From positions 68,878-132,877 of the forward strand of contig CAVTZS010000014.1 of NCBI GenBank assembly GCA_963739295.1: a stretch of DNA of 64,000 nt, given 5' to 3'. Below the pieces are notes generated by a model that saw only the letters and a list, made by a program, of their open reading frames with translations, was not told the origin of the DNA and did no database searches. Below, piece by piece: positions 1-7,662 of the stretch (positions are counted from its first letter, which is position 1; every line of letters begins with the position of its first letter). Source of the DNA: an uncultured delta proteobacterium (GTDB taxonomy: Bacteria; Desulfobacterota; Desulfobaccia; Desulfobaccales; 0-14-0-80-60-11). The translations under genes were made by a program, and so were the position numbers.

Positions 1-27
1 GGGACCTGAGGTCCCTGCCCTCACCCC
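1..27. repeat. G-rich palindromic intergenic element, B-type hairpin module (cut by window edge)
   Basis: gggacctgaggtccctgccctc has the same gggaCC-tgag-GTccc hairpin core as 9621-9640 and 19771-19794. Confidence 0.6.
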
Positions 28-34
28 AACAGCC

Positions 35-769
35 ATGTCACCTAAAGTCTATGAGCCCCGCACTTATCGCACCCGCATGGCCCGGGAGGGCCTGATCGGT
101 TTTCGGGTGGCCGTGAAGGAGACGGATCTCTGGATATTGGCGGCCCGGGATCTGGGCCAGGAGGTGCGCCAGGTGGTGGTGCAAGAAAGGCAGCAATTGG
201 AGGCTTACATTGCCGGCCATCCAGGGTTTTTGGAGACCTTGGCCCCCTGGCCCGGGGACCCCTTTGCCCCGCCGGTGGTACGAGAGATGATCGCGGCCGG
301 CAGTCGGGTGGGCGTAGGCCCCATGGCCGCGGTGGCCGGGGCCTTGGCGGAGCGGGTGGGGCAGGCCCTGGCTCTTTTAAGCGAAGAAGTGATCGTGGAA
401 AATGGAGGTGATATTTTTCTCCGGATCAAAAACCCGGCCACGGTGGCTCTGTTTGCAGGAAAATCCCCCTTAAGCCACCGCGTGGGTCTGATAATTGACC
501 CGGCCTGGGGGCCTTTGGGAGTGTGCACCTCGTCAGGGACGGTGGGGCATTCCCTGAGCTTTGGCCGGGCCGATGCCGCCTGCGTAATGGCAGCCTCCGC
601 GGCCCTGGCCGACGCCGCGGCCACCGCCCTGGGCAACCGCGTGCCCGACGCCGGGGCCATCCAGACTGCCCTGGAGTGGGCGGCCACGGTCCCAGAAATT
701 ATGGGGGCAGTAATTATCGTGGGAGACCAACTGGGGGCCCGGGGAAAGGTGGAATTGAAGCCGTTATAG
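35..769 (+). CDS. UPF0280 / ApbE-superfamily-like protein
   Basis: 244-aa ORF. FRVAVKETDLWI and GHSLSFGRADA motifs resemble UPF0280 proteins. Family recall only, no search run. Confidence 0.55.
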   Translation: MSPKVYEPRTYRTRMAREGLIGFRVAVKETDLWILAARDLGQEVRQVVVQERQQLEAYIAGHPGFLETLAPWPGDPFAPPVVREMIAAGSRVGVGPMAAVAGALAERVGQALALLSEEVIVENGGDIFLRIKNPATVALFAGKSPLSHRVGLIIDPAWGPLGVCTSSGTVGHSLSFGRADAACVMAASAALADAAATALGNRVPDAGAIQTALEWAATVPEIMGAVIIVGDQLGARGKVELKPL

Positions 770-809
770 AAATAAAGATATCATTAAAAGGAGGCATGGA
801 CTTATTAAA

Positions 810-959
810 ATGGACCCGGATAGCATATTAAGAGAAATTAAATTAAATTTAGCTCAATTCTGGATCTGGTTGAGGCATGAAATAACCACCGACCCTTCTA
901 TTTTACTGCTTATTATCGGGATCCTCCTGTTTTTCTGGTGGTTTCTCAAGCCAAAATGA
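810..959 (+). CDS. Hypothetical 49-aa membrane peptide (speculative)
   Basis: ORF below the track cutoff, read by hand: atg 810, tga 957-959. Has a C-terminal hydrophobic stretch ILLLIIGILLFFWWFL. Lies in an AT-rich islet. No homology recognised. Confidence 0.2.
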   Translation: MDPDSILREIKLNLAQFWIWLRHEITTDPSILLLIIGILLFFWWFLKPK

Positions 960-1027
960 CGGAGCTGGGCTTCAAGGAAACATTCTGCCGGGGCAATGGC
1001 TGCCTTATAATAACAAAGGCAAAAGTA

Positions 1028-1252
1028 ATGTTTAAAACACTAATCTTTTACATTGGTTTTTTCTTAATATTTGTTTTATTCTCAGAGGAATTTAATAATT
1101 TCCTAAAATATATGAGAACTACGGTTAAACTACATCCTCGCCTTAAAGTAGTCGTATATCCTATTGCCATGCTCCTTGCTGCAGTTTTTCTTTTTATAAT
1201 AGGGAATTCACTCATTAGTCTAATTACTTCGGTTAAATATTCTTATGAATAG
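1028..1252 (+). CDS. Hypothetical small two-helix membrane protein
   Basis: Internal ATG of track ORF 938..1252, preceded by aaagg. Two hydrophobic helices (LIFYIGFFLIFVLF, IAMLLAAVFLFIIG). AT-rich context. Confidence 0.3.
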   Translation: MFKTLIFYIGFFLIFVLFSEEFNNFLKYMRTTVKLHPRLKVVVYPIAMLLAAVFLFIIGNSLISLITSVKYSYE

Positions 1253-1467
1253 ATAATAGGTTACCAAGGATTAATCTGGGTTGATAAATTTAGTTTGGTG
1301 GGTTTGATTTTCCCAAAAGGTAAAGAAGGTCTGGCCTTCGCTGGGGTTTGGGAATTGACCCTGACCGGACGGTAATGGCCGAAAACCTGCTAATATCCCA
1401 GTATCTTCAAGAAAATGTATGATAGTATAATAACTGGACAGCCACTGGTACTTCAGGGAGGCTAACA

Positions 1468-2565
1468 ATGCCAGACAAACCTCAGACAACAGACCTGGAA
1501 AGGGTATTGGCACATTTGGAAAAGGGATGGCAGGAATTGGCCGAATTCCTCCGGAGCCAAAGCCAGCCCCAAGGCCGGATTATTGAGGCGAATAAATTCG
1601 TTCTCCGAGATGCGGAGGGGAACCCCCGAGGAGAGCTGAGTGTAAACCCAGATGGTTCCTCAGGGCTGATCCTCATTGATAAAGAAGGAAGATTTCGGGC
1701 TTGGTTAGGTCTGAAAGAGGATGGTTCGGCCTACTTAAGCCTCAAAGACCATCTTGGCCGGATATGTTTCGAAGTTCCCGGTGGTCCTCGACCCCAGAGC
1801 GTCTCAGAGGAGGCCTTGCCAAGTCACTTTAGAGAACCTCTGGCAGGCGCCGCGCCTCAGGCCCTTGAGGCGCAGGCCCTGATGGAACGGCTGGATAAGG
1901 TTGGAGAAGACCTGGCCGGCCTGAGGGAGTTGCTGATAGAAAGAACGCAACCAGAAAGGCGGATGGGCGAGGCGAGGGAACCCCTTACCTTGGGCGTGGA
2001 GGGAGAAACTGTCCCGGAAATAAATGGCAGCGTTTTAGTAGGGTTAGAGAAGTTGGAGAGAAGCAACCGGAGACTGAAACTTGCTGGGGCCTTTTTTTCC
2101 ATGCTATTAATTATTGCCCTAGCCAGCCTGGCCTTCCTCATGGGCCAGGTCCAGTGGCGGGATGGCCGGCCGGATGGATTAATAGAGGCCAATACCCTGG
2201 TCATCCGCGGGCAGGGCGGGATTTCCCGCGCCTGGTTGGGCGAGAAGGACGGCACGGTGCTTCTTAACCTCTTGGATAAGGCAGGCAAGTTTCGGGCCAG
2301 CATGGCTTTGGGTGCGGATGGAGAACCTAGCCTGCGATTGTATGATAAAGGCCAAAAGTTGCGCGCCGAGCTGGGCTTGAGTGCGGATGGAGAGCCGGGA
2401 GTTAACTTGCTGGACCAGAACGGCATACTACGCGCCGCGTTGGGAAGTCCCAGGCTTGAACTCGGCAAAGCTGAACCTGCCGGGTTACTACCGTTTTCTT
2501 CCCTGGTGCTTTTTAACGAAGATGGTAATCCCATCTGGCAGGCGCCGAGACGCTGGCGGCGATAA
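1468..2565 (+). CDS. Membrane-anchored repeat protein, family unknown
   Basis: 365-aa ORF with gggagg upstream of the ATG. One central TM helix (FFSMLLIIALASLAFLMG). About 23-aa LxLxDxxGxxRAxLGxxxDG units lie on both sides of the helix. Confidence 0.6.
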   Translation: MPDKPQTTDLERVLAHLEKGWQELAEFLRSQSQPQGRIIEANKFVLRDAEGNPRGELSVNPDGSSGLILIDKEGRFRAWLGLKEDGSAYLSLKDHLGRICFEVPGGPRPQSVSEEALPSHFREPLAGAAPQALEAQALMERLDKVGEDLAGLRELLIERTQPERRMGEAREPLTLGVEGETVPEINGSVLVGLEKLERSNRRLKLAGAFFSMLLIIALASLAFLMGQVQWRDGRPDGLIEANTLVIRGQGGISRAWLGEKDGTVLLNLLDKAGKFRASMALGADGEPSLRLYDKGQKLRAELGLSADGEPGVNLLDQNGILRAALGSPRLELGKAEPAGLLPFSSLVLFNEDGNPIWQAPRRWRR

Positions 2566-2646
2566 AGACGATGGGAGATTTTCCAGGCTGCCTTTATGGA
2601 CAATCATATCATTACGAAGATAGCGTTGTTCTGAGCGAGGAGAAGG

Positions 2647-3882
2647 ATGCCGCATCACGAGCCTGACTTGCGCCACAAGATCACCGGGGGCGCCCCGGAA
2701 GGCCCCCAGGTGCCGGACCAGCCTATTATTTTGTTCATGGAAGGGGACGGCACCGGGCCGGATATCTGGCGGGCCACCCGGCCGGTGCTGGATGCCGTGG
2801 TGGCTCAAGCCTACCGGGGCAAGAGAAAAATCGTCTGGCAGGAAATCCTGGCCGGGGAAAAGGCCTTTAAACGTACCGGTAGTTATCTGCCCGTGGAGAC
2901 CTTAACCGCACTCCGGGAGTACCGGGTGGCCCTCAAGGGGCCCCTCACCACCCCCATCGGCGGTGGCTTTCGCTCCCTTAATGTCACCCTGCGCCAGGTC
3001 CTGGACCTCTATGCCTGCATCCGTCCGGTGCGCTACTACGGCGGCGTACCCAGCCCCCTTAAAGAGCCGGAAAAAATCGACATGGTAGTCTTTCGGGAAA
3101 ACACCGAAGATGTCTACGCCGGGCTGGAATGGTCCGCGGCCAGTCCTGAGGCCCAGCGCCTCATCCATTTCCTCAACCAGGAGATGGGCTGTTCCCTGGA
3201 CCTTAGCGCCGCGGTGGGCCTCAAACCCATGACCGAAAGGGGCAGCAAGCGCCTGATCCGCATGGCGGTGAAATATGCCCTGGAGCACCACCGGGCCTCC
3301 GTCACCTTGATGCACAAAGGCAATATCATGAAATATACCGAGGGGGCCTTTCAGAACTGGGGCTATGAAGTGGCCCAGGAATTCGGCGACCGGGTCACCA
3401 GCGAAGCAGAACTCCTGACCCGCTACCATGGTAAGCAGCCCCCCCATAAGGTGGTCATCAAAGACCGGCTGGCAGACAACCTGTTTCAGCAAGTACTGCT
3501 GCGGCCGGAGGAATATCAGGTCATTGCCACCCCCAACCTCAATGGCGATTATCTCTCTGATGCCCTGGCGGCCCAGGTGGGGGGCCTGGGGATGGCCCCG
3601 GGGGCCAATATCGGCGATAATTGCGCGGTCTTTGAAGCTACTCACGGCAGCGCCCCCAAATACGCCGGCCTGGATAAGGTCAACCCCAGTTCCCTGATCC
3701 TTTCCGGCGCCCTGCTCCTGGAATACCTGGGCTGGGGGGAGTCGGCCCAACTCATCCACGAGAGCCTGCCCCGTACCGTTACTGCAGGCATAGTTACTTA
3801 CGACCTGGCCCGCCTCCTCCCTGGTAGCCGGGAAGTCTCCTGCTCCGGGTTCGCCCAGGCCTTAATTGATCATATGGGGTAG
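2647..3882 (+). CDS. icd: NADP-dependent isocitrate dehydrogenase
   Basis: 411 aa. Contains [27 protein letters not shown] and [25 protein letters not shown] motifs typical of prokaryotic IDH. Confidence 0.92.
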   Translation: MPHHEPDLRHKITGGAPEGPQVPDQPIILFMEGDGTGPDIWRATRPVLDAVVAQAYRGKRKIVWQEILAGEKAFKRTGSYLPVETLTALREYRVALKGPLTTPIGGGFRSLNVTLRQVLDLYACIRPVRYYGGVPSPLKEPEKIDMVVFRENTEDVYAGLEWSAASPEAQRLIHFLNQEMGCSLDLSAAVGLKPMTERGSKRLIRMAVKYALEHHRASVTLMHKGNIMKYTEGAFQNWGYEVAQEFGDRVTSEAELLTRYHGKQPPHKVVIKDRLADNLFQQVLLRPEEYQVIATPNLNGDYLSDALAAQVGGLGMAPGANIGDNCAVFEATHGSAPKYAGLDKVNPSSLILSGALLLEYLGWGESAQLIHESLPRTVTAGIVTYDLARLLPGSREVSCSGFAQALIDHMG

Positions 3883-3884
3883 AT

Positions 3885-4080
3885 GGGGGGGGAGGGGGCT
3901 AAGGGCCAGAGGCCCCCACCCCCCAGCGCCACTGCCATGGTCTAATTTTCGGCAGGGGTGCCCGGGGGTGGCGCCCGAATCAGAACTAGTGGGGTAAAAA
4001 TCAGGGCCGGCGCCTGGGTCTGCCCCTACAGGTTCGAGCGGTGTGGGAGGGCAGGGACCTCGAGTCCCTGACCCTCCCCC
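3885..4080. repeat. G-rich mosaic intergenic element (degenerate A module plus B hairpin)
   Basis: gggggagggggctaagggcc at 3888-3907 and gggagggcagggacctcgagtccctgaccctccccc at 4045-4080, starting right after the icd stop. Confidence 0.7.
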
Positions 4081-4198
4081 AAATTTTTAGGCCCCGGGGC
4101 GCCTGGGGATAATCTGAATGAAGCCCAAGGTGGGGATCTGTCAGAGGTGTGGGCGGTAGCCCTCAAGTGGCTCAGAAAAAAGCGCGGGATTTCTACAC

Positions 4199-4867
4199 CT
4201 AGGCTCCTTCCTTTTCTTGGATCGCATAAATAAGTTCCCAGCGGGACGCCATTTCAATCTTAACAGCCTCAACTTCTTCGGGCGACAGATTCCTCACCCG
4301 GATATAAACTTCCCGATAACCCTCCTGGACGGTGGTATATGAGGTGTAAATGCTCACCAGACGAGCCTTCCGGGCCCGCAGGAGGTCCACCACCTCCTTG
4401 ATGGACCCGGGCTGGTCCTTCACCCGTAAAGCGAATTGCACCCCGCCCAGGCGGATGCCGGTGACATCCATGAAGGCCCGGAAGATATCAGACTGGGTGA
4501 TGATCCCCACTAACTCCCCTCTATCATTCACCACTGGCAGTCCGGATACCACATGCTCCAGCATCAATTGGGCCGCGTGCTCCACCGTCTCGTCCTGGGA
4601 GACCTTGACCGGGTCCCGGGTCATGATCTCTTTGACGTGGAGTTCCGCCAAGAGGTAGTAAAGCTCGTGCACATCCAGGGTAGTGGCCTTGGAAGGGGAC
4701 GCGTCCTTCAGGTCCCGGTCGGTCACCATGCCCATCAGTTCTCCCTTGGCATTCACCACCGGCAGCCGCCGAAACCGGTGCTGCTTCATGATATGAATGG
4801 CTTTGATCATAGAGGTTTCTTCAGTAATGGTGATGGGCCCCCGGGTCATCCAGTCTCTTATCAGCAT
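4199..4867 (-). CDS. CBS-pair plus ACT-like domain protein (AcuB-like)
   Basis: 222 aa. Two CBS repeats (RRLPVVN..GMVTDRDL; GLPVVND..GIITQSDI) followed by an ACT-like C-terminal domain. Confidence 0.75.
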   Translation of the reverse strand: MLIRDWMTRGPITITEETSMIKAIHIMKQHRFRRLPVVNAKGELMGMVTDRDLKDASPSKATTLDVHELYYLLAELHVKEIMTRDPVKVSQDETVEHAAQLMLEHVVSGLPVVNDRGELVGIITQSDIFRAFMDVTGIRLGGVQFALRVKDQPGSIKEVVDLLRARKARLVSIYTSYTTVQEGYREVYIRVRNLSPEEVEAVKIEMASRWELIYAIQEKEGA

Positions 4868-4890
4868 TTTCCCTCTCCCGTGATTTTTAT

Positions 4891-5487
4891 CTAGAGGTGC
4901 GGTTCTTCTCCTTTGATGAGCCGTTCCAGGTTTTCCCGGTGCCTGATCAGGATGAGACCAGAGAGGGCCCCGGCCAAAAGGAGATAGGCTTTGGAGTCAG
5001 AAAAGAGCCCCATGGCCAAAGGAAGCAGCCAGGCGGCGATGAGCGTGCCCATGGAGAAGATTCGGGTCTGAGCCAGCGCCAGAAAATAGACCAGGGCCAG
5101 GAGGATCGCCACCCAGGGGGCCAACACGGCCACCACCCCGAAGGAAGTGGCCACTCCCTTGCCCCCCTTGAAGCCCAGGTACAAGGGGAAGACCTGGCCT
5201 AAAACCGCCGCGGCCCCCACCAGGGCTAAGGCGCTTTCCCGCCACGTACCCAGGGATGTCAGCCAGTAGCAACCCAGTAATACCGGCAGGGCGCCCTTGC
5301 CAGCATCTCCCAGGAAGGTCAAGGCCGCGGCCTTGCGGCCCAAGAGGCGATAGAGGTTGGCGGTTCCCAGGTTGCCGCTGCCGGCCTGACGTGGGTCTGG
5401 CCCCCCCCAAAGGCGGGCCACCAGCAGACCCGTGGGTATGGAACCCAACAGGTAGGCCAGCACCATAAGGCCCAGAAAGTATTTCAT
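4891..5487 (-). CDS. plsY: Glycerol-3-phosphate acyltransferase PlsY
   Basis: Track ORF 4891..5601 trimmed to MKYFLG (ATG at 5487). Contains LLGSIPTG, GSGNLGTAN and FKGGKGVAT motifs. Confidence 0.85.
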   Translation of the reverse strand: MKYFLGLMVLAYLLGSIPTGLLVARLWGGPDPRQAGSGNLGTANLYRLLGRKAAALTFLGDAGKGALPVLLGCYWLTSLGTWRESALALVGAAAVLGQVFPLYLGFKGGKGVATSFGVVAVLAPWVAILLALVYFLALAQTRIFSMGTLIAAWLLPLAMGLFSDSKAYLLLAGALSGLILIRHRENLERLIKGEEPHL

Positions 5488-5619
5488 AAATTGAGCCTCT
5501 TGTCCACAAGCATTGCCCAGGGTGGTCATCTCCCCCAGCCGGGCCCGCCCCCCAAACGCCTCCAGGCATTTTAAGAAAAAACTCTCCTGAATGCCGATCA
5601 AAATTTTGCCCCAGGGGTT

Positions 5620-5872
5620 TGGTGGAGAAGGCTAAGGGCTTCCACAGGCGAGACTTCTAAAGCCACTGGCCCTTACCCCCTGCCTTCATCGCCACCCCCA
5701 ATCTATTATAACTATTTTCCTTGCGAGGTAGGCCGGGCCAGCGGCCCGGCCTACCTCGCAAGCTTAAGCGGGTTGGGAGGGGGCTGGGGGGAGGGCAGGT
5801 AGGGGCGCAATTTATTGCGCCCTTTTGGCCGGGCGTGATGAATCACGCCCCTACGTCCCTGCCCCTCCCCCC
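5620..5872. repeat. G-rich mosaic intergenic element with nested hairpins
   Basis: Perfect 20-bp-stem hairpin cttgcgaggtaggccgggcc-agc-ggcccggcctacctcgcaag at 5720-5762. Then the cttaagcgggttgggaggggg arm and the gggcgcaat-tt-attgcgccc and ggcgtgat-ga-atcacgcc hairpins. Confidence 0.8.
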
Positions 5873-5882
5873 ACCTCATCTC

Positions 5883-6384
5883 TTATAGATAATTCTCTGC
5901 CAGGGGTTCGTAGTAGGCCCTGGGGTGTTTACAGGAAGGGCAGGTACCGGGCGGATTCTTTCCCTGGACCACATACCCGCAGTTGCGGCAGTGCCACCTG
6001 ATGGGCTCTTCCCGGTGAAATATCGTATTGTTTTGTAGATGTTCCGCCAGGGCCCGGTACCGGGCTTCGTGGAATTTCTCCACCTTGGCTATTTCTCGGA
6101 AGGATGCGGCTATCTTGAGGAAATCCCTCTTTCCCCGCCACCTCAGCAAAATTCTGGTACAAAGTGGTCCATTCGTAATTCTCGCCCGCGGCCGCGGCCC
6201 CCAAATTGCTCAGGGTGTCTCCCAGGTGAAAGGGATAGCCGGCGTAGATCTCCGCCGCACCCTCTCCCAGGTATTGGTAAAACACCTTGGCGTGCTCCTT
6301 TTCATTATCCGCGGTTTCCAGAAAGATGGCGGCAATATATTCGTAACCTGCCTTCCTGGCCTCGCTGGCATAGAAAGTATTTTA
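5883..6384 (-). pseudogene. rbr: Rubrerythrin, disrupted (frameshift, in-frame stop, unrecoverable N-terminus)
   Basis: Track ORFs 5929..6285 and 5883..6149 are consecutive parts of one rubrerythrin (..ETADNEKEHAKVFYQYL..GENYEWTTLY..KEGF / LKIAASFREIAKVEKFHEARY..CRNCGY..CPSCKHP). One extra base in the ttt run (plus-strand aaa 6121-6123) shifts the frame. An in-frame taa lies at 6382-6384. Confidence 0.75.
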
Positions 6385-6572
6385 GATCATCTCCATAGAC
6401 TCGAACAAAGTACTTCTTCGCCACCGCAAGGCTGTGGTAAAGTTTCTGTCTTTAATATATTTGTAATAAGAAAAATGATTTTTATTATTATTTTCCGATT
6501 AGAGTCGTTTTTTCTCTTGACAACGGGAGGCCTTATAAGTGTTAGCCCGCTCTCCGTGATAAGTCAAAATGG

Positions 6573-7406
6573 CTACGATAGATTCGACTCCAATATACTC
6601 AAGATTCCTGCATCAACGGTTTCGTCGAATTTGCGGGCAAACAAGCCTTGACTTGCTATCAAGAATTCGGCGTCTTTGGATGTGAAGTCTTTCGGACGTA
6701 ACTTTATTGTTCCTATCGGCACCCACACAATTGTCCTTTTATCGTCGTTCACGATAGTTCCCTCGTAGTTAGTATTCATTATTACCGTCTGAAAGAATGC
6801 TTCATCAGATATGAAGGTGTGCCGATAGAATCTCTTGAACCTTTCGGTCTCAGGGTTGTAGCATACAAATTCACAAAACTTCCTGCTCAAGATCATCCAC
6901 TGATTTCCGATATAAGGAGTCACGCCTCGAAGATAATGTCGCTTGATAGGAATGCGTATTATCCTGTTCCTAAACTCGATACAGTAGTCCGAGATTCGAG
7001 ATAGTGTATCAGGGCGTATCTTGCTCTGGTTAGCCACCTTGATGAAATCGTTTCCTATATTGCGGCTAAGAAAGTTTTGGATGTGCGTCTGCGACTTTAG
7101 GGGGAAATCCTGTCCGCTAAGGTTTATGAAGAATTTCCATTCCGAGCTGATATTCAATAACTCCTCGATGCCTCGCAATTCAGCATCTACCAAGCTGTAT
7201 CCCGCCCATTGAGTGTTTTGGCTTTTCAGCAAGGATGCGTTGGCAAAGCTTGACAAGAAATCTTGTATCTCCGTCTGTAATCCAACGCCTGACCTCTTGT
7301 CCACATGTACCAAGTAGTAGTTGGCGGGATGGAAAATTGCCCTAAAGAGTCTTTTGAACTGGCTGGGATACCGATGCACCAAGATGAGGTATGCGATCAT
7401 GCCCAT
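6573..7406 (-). CDS. Glycosyltransferase family 14 (core-2/I-branching / xylosyltransferase-like)
   Basis: 277 aa. IAYLILVHRYPSQFKRLFRAIFHPANYYLVHVDKRS .. WAGYSLVDAELRGIEELL .. WKFFINLSGQDFPLKS is colinear with the GT14 Branch domain. The gene is visibly AT-rich. Confidence 0.8.
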   Translation of the reverse strand: MGMIAYLILVHRYPSQFKRLFRAIFHPANYYLVHVDKRSGVGLQTEIQDFLSSFANASLLKSQNTQWAGYSLVDAELRGIEELLNISSEWKFFINLSGQDFPLKSQTHIQNFLSRNIGNDFIKVANQSKIRPDTLSRISDYCIEFRNRIIRIPIKRHYLRGVTPYIGNQWMILSRKFCEFVCYNPETERFKRFYRHTFISDEAFFQTVIMNTNYEGTIVNDDKRTIVWVPIGTIKLRPKDFTSKDAEFLIASQGLFARKFDETVDAGILSILESNLS

Positions 7407-7578
7407 AACAATATCCTATAATCGGATATATCCGAGATTATGCCGCATGCATAGCTATTTCTGTCCCAACGAGGTTTGGGAGCCTCTTTGGCCGAGTAAA
7501 ATCTCCCAAACGATCCTCTTCTCGAAGCCAATTCTTTTCGCAGGAGGCAGAATTGGAAAATCCTCTTTGGTGGTTTTT

Positions 7579-7613
7579 GAGGGGGGCTAAGGGCCGGGGC
7601 CATTAGTTCCCTT
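7579..7613. repeat. Degenerate A-type module of the G-rich element family
   Basis: gaggggggctaagggccggggccattagttccc. Confidence 0.5.
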
Positions 7614-7662
7614 TTCCCAAAATTTAACCATTGCGTGGGTTTTTTCCACCTAGCCGGATAAG

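Noticed and set aside
3883-4198. tRNA-like T-arm (caggttcgagcgg) in the icd downstream gap, and tRNA genes near the island borders
   Set aside because: No cloverleaf can be drawn: there is no acceptor stem, no anticodon arm and no GTTCGAATC T-loop consensus. No tRNA was recognisable in 43.0-45.3 kb or 63.5-64.0 kb either.
5883-6285. Two separate small rubrerythrin-like genes (88 aa and 118 aa)
   Set aside because: The two ORFs are the consecutive halves of one rubrerythrin. The diiron four-helix part is followed by the rubredoxin-like CxxC..CxxC tail, and the halves are joined by removing one base. Neither half is a complete domain.
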